Below, one piece after another: positions 53,621-64,000 of a DNA stretch of 64,000 bases. Source of the stretch: Lama guanicoe (Eukaryota); contig MU056000.1 in the NCBI GenBank assembly GCA_013239625.1, forward strand, positions 9,646,675 to 9,710,674. The letters are read 5' to 3'. The translations under genes were made by a program, and so were the position numbers. Within the stretch, counting starts at the first letter, position 1; the number at the start of each line of letters is the position of its first letter. Below the pieces are notes generated by a model. The model saw nothing but the letters and a program-made list of their open reading frames with translations. It ran no database searches and had not been told where the DNA came from.

Positions 53621-54829
53621 GGTGCCAGGGTCTCTTTCTGGGAGGTACGCTCAATCTTTCCAGTGGCTCTCTTGGTGCTCTTCACTGGCCTGGGATCGGA
53701 AGCAGATCCTCAACACCATCTCTAGGCTGACCGCCTCCTTCTCTTTGGGACTTCTCCCATGAACTCCCCTTGAGAGTCCAGCCATCGCCTTATATAGGTC
53801 GGATGAAGAGTAGGGGGAGTTACAACGGATCACTGGCAACCTCTTGGCAAGTCCTTGGATGGGGGCGTCTGGCTATCATCTTTATGATGTGAAATACTAG
53901 TTGCCAACTTAGGAACATAACCAAGATTCCAGACAACAGGTAAGCGATTACTTATGAAAAGCTTTCACTACATCCAACAGAATCACACATAATAACTGAA
54001 CTGAAAAAGCCTCAAGCGATATGAGTCAGTTCTGGTTAAACCACATCAGATTAAGGAGGTAAGAGTGTGAGACACCTAGCTAACAGGGATGCAGGTCTCT
54101 GTCCACCTTTCTTGTCTCCCATCCCAGCATCCCTATACTTCTTCCTCCTGTTCTCACTGAACTGTTTGTAGTTGCTTAAACCTCACTTTTCGTACTTCTC
54201 TTCACCCCTGCAGTTCCTCTGCATGGAATGCCCTTTCAGTCCCTCTCTTATGAAACCTTATGCTGCCATCCAGAGAGCAAGTGCTTCCCGTAGCCCCCGC
54301 ATGAACCCCCTACTTTATCCTCCTCACACAGCTGCTGTGGCGTATTCCCATGTCTGTCTCAGAGAGAGCGAGCCACTCAGGGTCAGTATCTCTCTTCCTT
54401 TCTTGGCTCCAGCACACAGTAAACCGCCTGGCTCTTTCACAGCCACTCAGGGTTTGAGTAAATAAGTGATACCAGATCATGCATCACGGGTTAAATTTTT
54501 GTTAATTTGAGACCTGGGTGGAAGAATCTGTCTTGGGAGAAAGGAGCTAACTAGACTCAGTAAACACCTTAATGGGATGCTTTTGTCTGGAGAGGAGGCA
54601 TAGAAGTTTGGGGAGGGGGAAACCTAAGTTTAAAAAATGCAAGAGTAATTGGGATGGGATAAAAAGCAAAGAAGGAAAAGAGAGGAGGTCAGGCAAGAGG
54701 GAGGATGGGCAACTGCATGATGGGAAGCTCAAGACTGAGGGAAAGAGGCAACCAGTAAAAACTAAATTGGCTGACAGGCTTAGTGTGCACTCAGCACAAC
54801 ACCCGTTTAACTGGTGAAATTGTTTTTTT

Positions 54830-57230
54830 TAATTATGTAAAGTCTCTAGAAATCGTCATAAGCCAATTACATACAGCAAATAGAGAAACATATTCAAGAA
54901 AATTTACTAAATCTCAGTAAGCATAGTGAGAGCATAGCATTTGAAACATGATTTGTTCCAACCCTCACCTCCAGCTGTATGTTACGAAATCTTTAAACCA
55001 GGGAGCTCCATCCAAGATGATAGGACTTTGTCTCTTCTCCTCCAGCTCCCAGTCTAAGGCTGAGCTTTCACTTCAGGAGGACCAGGCTACCAGTGTCTCT
55101 CAACATCTCAGTTCTATGTTATAGAAACTCTATTCCCAGAAGGCATGGTAGGAGGGACAGAGGCTTCCTACCCTCATCTTAAAGCCATTTTGGGGCAAAA
55201 GCTCTATCCCAGGAGTGGTAGGTCAAAAACTTCGGGGCCCCATCCCCTCCACCCTGCTTATAAAGCAGAGTTTTTATGCTTGAAGAAGCAAGACAATAAT
55301 ATCAGGGGCCATTAACACCCCCCGCCCACCTCCAGAGCCCTCTTGCAGAGCAGGGAGTGTCACTTGGGTTCTGCCCAGAGAGAGAGGCAGGCCTTATGCA
55401 CAAATTGGTGTACAGCTCTGCCTGAGGGAACTGACTTTATTTGGAACACAGCATGAAGAATTGAATACCTCAGTGTCAAAAATAATGGAGATATTGGTGG
55501 TAAGCAATTATGAGAAGCAGATAGTTTCATAATATTGGCAGCAATAAATGAAACGGAAGCGCAACAGAATTTTAACAAAGAAAGCCAAGAAAAGAGACAG
55601 TCTAGAGAACTCTGGGCTGGAAAAACTGTGTGCAAGCAACAGATTGCCTCCACTCAGGAGCAGTCAGAGCAGGATGTGGGATCAAATTAAATGCTTTGCC
55701 TAAGCCACACAAAGAAGCATCAGCAGGGGGCAAGAGCCTTATTGGCACAAGATGTTTAGTAGGTCCCACATATGCCCAAACACTGACTTAATATATAAGC
55801 TATGCTAGCCCAGGGGCTAGTCCTAGGAAGCCAGGCTTCAAAATAAAATCATACTCATGCCTCGTGGTCTGGAAGACTACACACATCTTCAAAATGTCAC
55901 CCTCTCAGGGGTGAGTCCAGAGGGTACTGACAAACCACCAGTCCCTGAAAGAATGTTGGACAAAATATCATAAAATACCTAAAAAGCAGTCTCCAAGCCA
56001 TACATACATCCAGCGAAAAGGGATTAAAGTCTAACTGGCTAAGATGCCAAAGCACAGCTTAGACCAATGACCCAGGAGCCACACCTAGGTCGCTAGGCTG
56101 TAAGACAAAAACAAGGGGAAAAAGAAATCTAAGTAGGGACATCTGAGCCTACAGACTGCTGGGGAAGTAGACTTCACAGAACTAATTCATCCAAGTCTCA
56201 AAACAAATAAATAAGTGATGCAGCAAACAACCAAAACAAACCCTATGGAGGAAGAGTAAAATCAGTGTCCAGACTGACTGCAGTTTAGTATCTAAAGTTG
56301 TTCTATTTTCAACAAAAAAAAAAAATTTGAGACATGCAAAGAAACAGGAAATTTGACTCATACCCAGTGGCAAAAAGTAAGCAATAGAAATTGCCTTTGA
56401 GGGGGTCCAGATATTGGACTTAATAGGCAAAGATTTCAAAACAGTTATTGCAAGTATGTGCCAATAGCTAAAGAAAGCCCTGTTTAAAGACTTAAAAGAG
56501 TTCATTCAGTAGATAATATTAATGAAAAGACAGAAATTTTTAAAAGAATCAAATGACAATTCTAGAATTGAAAAGTAAAACGCTAAAAAAAAATATTTTT
56601 AATCACTAAAGGAGTGTGTATTAGGGCTTCCATAACAAAGTGCAACTTAAACAACAGAAATTTGTTGTCTCACAGTTCTGGAGACAAGATGTCTGAGATC
56701 AAGGTGTTGACAGGATGGGTTGCTTCCGAGGGTCATGAGGGAAAGGTCTGCTCCAGGCCTCTGTCCTAGATTCTGGCAGCCTTTGATATTCCTTGACTAC
56801 TATGTCATCTCAGTCTCTGCCTTCATCTACACATGGCTTTCTCCTGGAGTGTGTATCTCTATGTTCAAATGTACCCTTTTCATAAGGACACCAGTCTTAC
56901 TGGATGAAGGATCCATCCTACTCCAGCATGACCCCATCTTAATTAATTTTATCCAGAAAAGTCATCTTCTGTGGTGCTGAAGGTTTAGGTCTTTACACAA
57001 TTCACGCCATAACAGAGTGCAAAGTAGATTTGATTTGACAGAAGAAAGAATTAGCACACTTGAAAAGAGATCAATAGAGACTGTAAAAATCTAAAGAATA
57101 GGGAGGAAAAAGAATTAGAAAAAAATTAACAGAGCCTCAGAGAAATGTGGGCATCATCAAACACACCAACACGCATAACGGAAGAACCAGAAGGAGAGGA
57201 GAAAATATGTTCAAATAAATTGTGCCTGAA
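54830..57230 (+). mobile_element. Ancient L1 5'UTR/ORF1 region (L1M-type), interrupted by an MLT1
   Basis: 'gagacatgcaaagaaacaggaaa...ccagatattggacttaataggcaaagatttcaaaacagttatt' and 'aacagagcctcagagaaatgtggg...ccagaaggagaggagaaa' L1 ORF1 remnants. Confidence 0.65.
56617..57014 (-). mobile_element. MLT1B/C-like MaLR solo LTR
   Basis: tgta...aaca ends with a perfect 5-bp TSD GAGTG; 'ttgtctcacagttctggagacaagatgtctgagatcaaggtgttg'. Confidence 0.85.
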
Positions 57231-57694
57231 ATTGATTGGAATTAGAGGGTTGAAAGCAGGAACAAGAAAATAGGTGGGACGCAGGAAAGTAGGTGGGGTA
57301 GAAAGTAGCTAAAACATGTTTTATAGGAACAACGTCTATTCAGTTTTAATTTCTACACTATGTTGTGTACCATGTAACCCAAATCTTCAGCAAAAGCTAC
57401 TGTACACAATAGCCTTATGCAACTAGAGTTGGAAAATTAAGGAAAAGAACCACTGAAGTGGGGAGGGAAGCACTGGGCACAAGCAGTAAAATGGAAGGAA
57501 GATGGAGAAATCAAAGCCAGAGCTGACGGAGCCAAAGCCACCAGGAATCTTCTGAAAAACTGCAAAAAAAAATTGGGCTTTATCTTAACACTGCACTTAC
57601 AATGGGGTTTGAACCAGTTTTAACTGAATCTTCAGGGACAAGGAAAAACCAGCCAGGTTGCAACTTTTATTACAAGTTCAAAAATGGAGAATAC

Positions 57695-57885
57695 AGGCTA
57701 TTATAAGATATTATAATATATAACTTGTAATGGAAAAGGCTCTGAAAAAGAATATATATATTTGTGTGTGTGAGTGTATATATATATATATATATATATA
57801 CATATATATAAAACTGAATCACTTTGCTGTTCACCTGAAACTAACACAACATCATAAATCAACTATACTTCAATAAAAAAAGAAA
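57695..57885 (+). mobile_element. Artiodactyl-type L1 3' tail with (TA)n/(TG)n
   Basis: 'actgaatcactttgctgttcacctgaaactaacacaacatcataaatcaactatacttcaataaaaaa'. Confidence 0.85.
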
Positions 57886-58099
57886 AAATAGGGAATATAT
57901 TGTCCAAATGGTACTAAAATTTTATGGAAAAAGAACTTGGTCTGAGTTGCTCTTTTCTTAACTTACCGCATAGCTTCAAAAATAAGTCTGAACAATGAGT
58001 TGCTGAGCCTATGAATTCATATTGCTTTTTTCTTGCATCAGAAAAATATGTGAAGTTTTTCCTTTAAGGGTGATTAATTCACATCACATTTTTCCATAC

Positions 58100-58342
58100 C
58101 TTGGGGAATGGGAGTAAGTCAAACTTATAACCGTGATTTCTGCTGTAAGATCATTTCCCCATCTTTCAATACGAATCTTCTCACCAGTGGGAAAGAATTC
58201 CAAACTGCTTGGCTGCAGGCTCACTCCATAATACATCAAAACCTCAGATAAACTCCAGCAGGGAGCTATTCCAGATGGAATATCATTTCGCATCATTTCA
58301 AATCTCTTCAAAACAATGTATTCATTCTGTTCAAGGCGAACC
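58100..58342 (-). CDS. Candidate 243-bp symmetric (phase 2-2) coding exon, copy 1
   Basis: Acceptor ttatctcttacacaaaag| and donor AAG|gtatgg; single open frame (R)VRLEQNEYIVLKRFEMMRNDIPSGIAPCWSLSEVLMYYGVSLQPSSLEFFPTGEKIRIERWGNDLTAEITVISLTYSHSP(R). Confidence 0.5.
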
Positions 58343-58849
58343 CTTTTGTGTAAGAGATAAACACACTTTAATAAAAAGATTCTGTAAATCTCAGATCTGA
58401 GGAAATCTCTAGACATAAACATATATGTGAATGAAGAGAAGAGTGAGATGAGCTAACACAGAAGTCTTCCTTTGATTGTAGAGAATGTCATCATCGGGGA
58501 TTTTCTATTTTTAATGGCATGTACCACACAGCTGTCCTCTCGCTCTACAACATATATATAAAACTGAATCACTTTGCTGTTCACCTGAAACTAACACAAC
58601 ATCATAAATCAACTATACTTCAATAAAAAAAGAAAAAATAGGGAATATATTGTCCAAATGGTACTAAAATTTTATGGAAAAAGAACTTGGTCTGAGTTGC
58701 TCTTTTCTTAACTTACCGCATAGCTTCAAAAATAAGTCTGAACAATGAGTTGCTGAGCCTATGAATTCATATTGCTTTTTTCTTGCATCAGAAAAATATG
58801 TGAAGTTTTTCCTTTAAGGGTGATTAATTCACATCACATTTTTCCATAC

Positions 58850-59092
58850 CTTGGGGAATGGGAGTAAGTCAAACTTATAACCGTGATTTCTGCTGTAAGA
58901 TCATTTCCCCATCTTTCAATACGAATCTTCTCACCAGTGGGAAAGAATTCCAAACTGCTTGGCTGCAGGCTCACTCCATAATACATCAAAACCTCAGATA
59001 AACTCCAGCAGGGAGCTATTCCAGAAGGAATATCATTTCGCATCATTTCAAATCTCTTCAAAACAATGTATTCATTCTGTTCAAGGCGAACC
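58850..59092 (-). CDS. Candidate 243-bp coding exon, copy 2 (duplicate)
   Basis: Identical to copy 1 apart from a synonymous CCA/CCT (Pro) difference. Confidence 0.45.
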
Positions 59093-60568
59093 CTTTTGTG
59101 TAAGAGATAAACACACTTTAATAAAAAGATTCTGTAAATCTCAGATCTGAGGAAATCTCTAGACATAAACATATATGTGAATGAAGAGAAGAGTGAGATG
59201 AGCTAACACAGAAGTCTTCCTTTGATTGTAGAGAATGTCATCATCGGGGATTTTCTATTTTTAATGGCATGTACCACACAGCTGTCCTCTCGCTCTACAA
59301 CATTCTTCTAGAATGAGAAAGACCAACATTAATGTCATCCTTTTCTTGGAATAGAAAATCATTTTTCCTGGAGTTAAGCAACCTGTGATTTAGATTTAGC
59401 AAAGCAAAAGCCCTGCTGAGAAAAGAGCAGTGGCAGCTCCCTGACCCCAGTCAACTTGAAGGTCAAGGAGTAAGTGAGAGAGAACATGTCTGTCTCCAAG
59501 ACGAATTTCATGGTGAGCTGATAAGGACTGGCGGAGACGAACATGGGGGCTGCAGCGCTGAATCCTGAGCACCTAGAGGAGGGAACATGAGTGCTGCAGC
59601 CAGGAAGGCTGCATCATCTACTGACCACGTGGCCCCTGGCCAAGTTACCTATTTTGCACCTTGGTTTTCTCACATGTAAAAGGAAGATAACCCTTCACAC
59701 CTCACAGGATTGTTCTGGGGCACAAATGAGACACTATGGGTAAAACATCTATAAGCTAATTTTGCAAGCACAGGTTTTTTTCTCCCCTGTCATCCCCGCC
59801 TTATAAACTAGGTCTAAAAACAGAGTCTTGATGAGTAACGATTGATCATTCTTTATGAACAATTGTTCCAAGAAGAGTACTTTTATTGTCAATAAACACA
59901 TAACGTGGAGACTCTGTGACCATAATTTAGAATGAAAGGAGATTTGAGCTGAAAGCAATGTTTGATGATCAGATGAAGGAGAGTAAAGGGACAACTCAAT
60001 GTCACCTAGAAGCATCACACCTAATAGCATTTGCTGAGAAATTATTCATTTAAATCAGCAGACATGAAGTTATTAGGAGACAGAAAATGCCGCAAAGCCC
60101 TCATAACCCTTTCATAGACTGTAAACAGGTCTCCACCCCCGTGCAATGAAGTGTCTGCTTGTCAGGTTTTTCATCTGTGCAAATGAATAGGAGTCAGATG
60201 GCAGGGGTGATACTTGTGTTCTGCTTCTAATTGGCTTTTTTTTTTTAACTTTCTGCAAAATAATTTTATTTCATTAGCCAACACTCAGGCCATTGACTGA
60301 CTGATCCTTTTAGCAAGTCTACAAAATTTATCTAGGACAATATTATTTAGAAATGCTGTTCTTAGGGAGCTCAGTTAATCATTCTTAAAGATAATTGATC
60401 AAGATAAGATAGTTACAATGTCTTATGGGGCTTATAACACATTTAAAAGTAAAACGTATACCAGTTATGGCAGGAAGGATGAATGAGAGGGATTGTAATG
60501 TTCTTATACCTGAAGTGATACAATTTGAAAGTAGACTGTGACAAGCAAGGGTGTATATCGTAAACCCT

Positions 60569-61017
60569 TGTAAAAGAAAAATTGCACTGGACGATTGTTA
60601 AAAACAGCAAGGAAGACTCTACTGAAGACTATTGCACTAGAGGGAAGGAGACTGAACTGAACTCTGCTGAAACAAAAGGCAGGAGGATTTTTGCACGCCG
60701 GGTGAGCTGATGGAAAAGTGGAGAAGGACTTAGGGAGAGGTTTTATTGGTGTGATGAGGCAGTCTGTGTCGGCAAATCGTTGCTTATTGAAGTTAGGCTC
60801 CTACTCGCCCACAGAGACTGGGAGGCACGGCCCCATCTTTCTTGACGATTACATTTCGACGGAATGGCTCGCAGATCCTTGAGAAAGATTTACATCTCAA
60901 AGGCTCAGAGAAAGGAATCACAGGTTTTCTAAAGCAAATGTTCTCAGAGAAGGGAATGCGGGGCCCAGTAGTCATGAGTAGGCCTGGCTGCAGCTGGTGG
61001 AGCTGAGGGGTCAGTCA
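60569..61017 (-). mobile_element. ERV1 LTR (MER31-like) inserted in an old L1 (about 60395-61500)
   Basis: 'tgtaaaagaaaaattgcactggac...gactattgcactagagggaaggagactgaactgaactc' resembles antisense MER31; L1 ORF2-start-like sequence resumes after about 61050. Confidence 0.55.
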
Positions 61018-61574
61018 AGCCATCCCACTCCCCCTGGGACAGCCACCAAACAGAAAGGACAGTGAATGAGGTGTAAGTAACAAGTCAATAGTGGAGATTA
61101 AGTGGAGTCATAAACAATACTTAAAAAACGAAGCAGACGGATAAAGAGAAAAAAAAAAGAACCAGGAAGAGATGGGACAAATGGAAAACAACGAGTAAGA
61201 AGGCAGATTTAAAATCAAATCATGTCGATAAGTACATGAAGTATCAATGGTCTGTACACTTTAAAAGACAGATATCACCTGTCTTTATTAAAAGGAACAG
61301 AATTCTACAAGAAGTCCAGTTTGATTATAAAGGCACAGGTGGTTTAAAAGAAAATTAAAGGATAGAAAAACAATCAAAAGAAATCTGGAGTAGCTTTTTA
61401 AGATCAAACAAAGAAACACCAGGAGAAGGAATATTACCGAGGATAAAGAGAAGTATTACATATAATAAAAGAGTCAGTTCACCATGAAAACAAGACAATC
61501 CTCAATATACGTGTGTGTGTGTGTGTGTATATATGTCTTCAGAATCCACAAGGAAGTATCATATGGTGTCTTGC

Positions 61575-61705
61575 CAGCAGCCCTGGTGGGACCTGGGAGC
61601 TTTCTAGGACAGCTGAGCCTCAGGCCCCATGCCTGCCCTACTGACTATAACCTGCATTTACAACAAGATCCCCAGGTGATCCGAGTGAACAGCAAAATCT
61701 AGTGA
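61575..61705. mobile_element. MER5A-like hAT-Charlie element
   Basis: 'acctgggagctt...ctcaggcccc...cctactga...ctgcatttacaacaagatccccaggtgat'. Confidence 0.7.
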
Positions 61706-61789
61706 TCCTGATGTAGTGCATGATGCCACACTTCTAATAAGAAACTCCAGTGACATGTTTTCATAACACTTCTCCCAACCAGGAGAAAA

Positions 61790-61940
61790 AAAAAAAGAGG
61801 TTAATCCCGTGAGGTGATGACATGTGAATGAACTTGACGGTGGTGATTGTGTCACAGTGTACATGTAAACCAAATCATCAAGTTTTATACCTTAAATACA
61901 GATAATCTTAAAATATCAATTAACTTAAAGGTAGGCAAAA
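61790..61940 (+). mobile_element. L1MA-like 3' end
   Basis: 'gtgaggtgatgacatgtgaatgaacttgacggtggtgattgtgtcacagtgtacatgtaaaccaaatcatcaagttttataccttaaat'. Confidence 0.7.
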
Positions 61941-62302
61941 TAATTAATATATATATGCCATCATAAAGTCGGCAATAAGATCAAATGATTCAATAAACCT
62001 ATAAAAACTCAGCCCAATAGTTATAATTATTTTAATTTAAAAAAATAATCTCTTAGCTTCATGGTTCATAGAGAATGCAAAATTTCAGCAATAATAATAT
62101 AACAAAGATTTGAAAATTTGACACTGAAAGATTGTTCATGTGAGAAACATTCTAATATTATTTTTTTAAAAAGTAGTTTTTCCCCCATCTCAACTCTCTT
62201 TCATTAACATAATTGCTCGAAGACGTTTGAGCCACAAATATGCTTCCCGGTTATTTTATTGGTGAGTGTCGTTCATAGTCTGCACTTGTTTATACTTCGA
62301 TG

Positions 62303-62455
62303 TGGTGGTTCTCAACCCAAGGTGCTTCAACAGGAGGTCCTGGCCCCGCTCCCAGACGTTCTGATTTTATTAGGCTATGGCGGGGGACCTGAGCACCAAT
62401 ATTTTTTAAAAGCTTCCCAAATGATCTTAACGTACAGCCAGGGATAAAAGCCATT
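62303..62455. mobile_element. MER5A-like hAT-Charlie element
   Basis: 'gtggttctcaac...ttctgattttattagg...ttttaaaagcttcccaaatgatcttaacgtacagccaggg'. Confidence 0.7.
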
Positions 62456-63776
62456 ATTTTAACAAATTAAAATGTAATTAAATAAAAGCAGTACCTTTGA
62501 TTTTGCAGCCCCCACACCTGCTGCTCACTGTACTTCTCCCTTCTGTAGTCTCACGCAGAGGTCGCTGGCTTGTGAATGAAATAATCTGCCTCATTCATCT
62601 GAACAAGCACAAAGGGAAAGCAAGCTCATTTGACAGCTTATGGTGTCAATGACATTAGCATCAGACGGCATATTAGTGCCCGTACTGAGGATATTTATGA
62701 CACACAACGCAGGGAGAAATTGTAGTGGCTGGACATCTTTGCTTTGGAACTGACTTACAGGCAAGCACGGGCTAACCCTCAAAAATGAAAGGAACCCCAA
62801 GAAATCAGTTCTCTTTTAAATTGAAAACAATGAGGGAATGGTCTTGATGGAGAAAAGGCTGGGCTGAGTGCCTTATGAGGAGGAGCAGAAGGACCACACG
62901 TGCTGAGCATCAGGGTCACCTCCGAAAGAAAGGTCCTCACAGCAGGTGGTAGCAGCCTGCCTCTCCCCTCCTTATACGACCTGACGTGGAACCAGGTCGG
63001 GGAAGGAACTGACCTTTGCTGAGCCATCCTTTGTCCTGGGCACTTTCTAGTTGTTTGTCTCTGTTGTTTCTCACAAAAGCCTCACGCGTGGAAGGTGTTG
63101 TGTACCCATTTTGCAGATAAGAAAACATGTCCCAGAAACACTAATCAACTGCCAAATTTACCCAGCAAGTAAGTGGTAGATCCAGAGACTGAACCTGCCT
63201 GTAGGCTCCAAATGTTCCTCTTTCTCTGATCGCCCTGCTATCTCCCAGGCTTCTTACTGGTCAAGAAAGGGTGTGGCCAGAAAGACAGCTGGTAGTAAAC
63301 AGAGTCTGGTAGTCTCAGAGAGGAGGGAGTCCCCCAGGCAGATCTCCAGCGCCTAGAGTTACTCACTCTCCCATTCCTATGGTGCCCCAGAAGATAACAG
63401 CCACCACAAAGTGGCCTGAGCTGGGCGGGTAGATGACAAAGCTGGGAAAACCAGAACCTTCAGCACAGCAAGCTTGGAAGTAGGGCTTGAGATGCGGTGT
63501 GTGTACGGCTGGGCATTAGCACCCTAGTTTAGAACTCTGATTTTTCCCACGAACATTTTGCTGTAGGGAAGGCTCATTACCTGTGACTAGTGTCACGATT
63601 ATATAGGAAGATGCTTGTGGTTAGCAGAGCCTTCGGTGAGCTGGTTAGCATCTAAAATAATGTGCCAAATAGAGTGAACAATCAGGCCGGGAGATTCAGG
63701 TTTACAACTACTGTCCTGAGGTGCCATTTGGTTTTGGCATTCCTGGACTTTTCATTTTATAACACAATAGTATTAT

Positions 63777-64000
63777 TACACTGTTGATGGGAATGTAGTT
63801 TGGTGCAGCCATTATGCAAAACAGTATGGAGATTCCTCAAAAAGCTAAAAATAGACTTACCCTATGATCCAGCAATCCCACTCCTGGGCATATAACCAGA
63901 AGGAACTCTAATTCAAAAAGATACATGCACCCCAATGTTCATAGCAGTGCTATTTACAATAGCCAAGACATGGAAGCAACCTAAATGTCCACTGACAGAT
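63777..64000 (+). mobile_element. Relatively young 5'-truncated L1, ORF2 C-terminal region (runs off the window)
   Basis: Translates to [72 protein letters not shown], the canonical L1 ORF2p C-terminus with two stops. Confidence 0.92.

Larger units (their letters stand above)
57801..59300. repeat. 750-bp direct tandem duplication (2 copies)
   Basis: 57801-58550 equals 58551-59300; only one difference seen by eye (T58276 vs A59026); ACAT microhomology at the junction. Confidence 0.95.

Noticed and set aside
57801..59300. CRISPR array or paired LTRs as an explanation of the direct repeat
   Set aside because: Only two abutting 750-bp copies with no spacers, no TG..CA ends and no internal sequence; the DNA is mammalian.
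1..64000. Prokaryote-style novel system (operon, defence island, prophage)
   Set aside because: No gene-dense coding strand, no long ORFs or ribosome-binding-site pattern; the window is dominated by mammalian repeats.

Overview
This is eukaryotic (placental mammal) genomic DNA, AT-rich, CpG-depleted and largely made of old interspersed repeats: L2, MIR, L1, MaLR/ERVL/ERV1 LTRs and hAT/TcMar/MULE DNA-transposon fossils. The style of the L1 3' tails and the apparent lack of Alu, B1, Bov-tA/BovB, PRE1 or carnivore SINEs suggest a camelid-like artiodactyl; this is an inference. No prokaryotic operon, CRISPR array, rRNA or tRNA gene is visible, and nearly all ORFs in the supplied track look like chance ORFs in repeats or introns. 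The notable items are: (1) a near-perfect 750-bp tandem duplication (57801-59300) that duplicates a 243-bp frame-symmetric candidate exon and may be a real exon duplication or an assembly/haplotype artefact; (2) several minus-strand candidate exons, some phase-compatible, from a gene I cannot name; (3) a rare FLYWCH+MULE (Mutator-like) transposase fossil at about 1.2-2.0 kb; (4) a strongly GC/CpG-shifted MIR relic with a Kozak ATG and a splice donor. I found no convincing evidence of a previously undescribed biological system. Repeat family names come from recalled consensus motifs rather than a RepeatMasker run, and boundaries are approximate unless TSDs are quoted.
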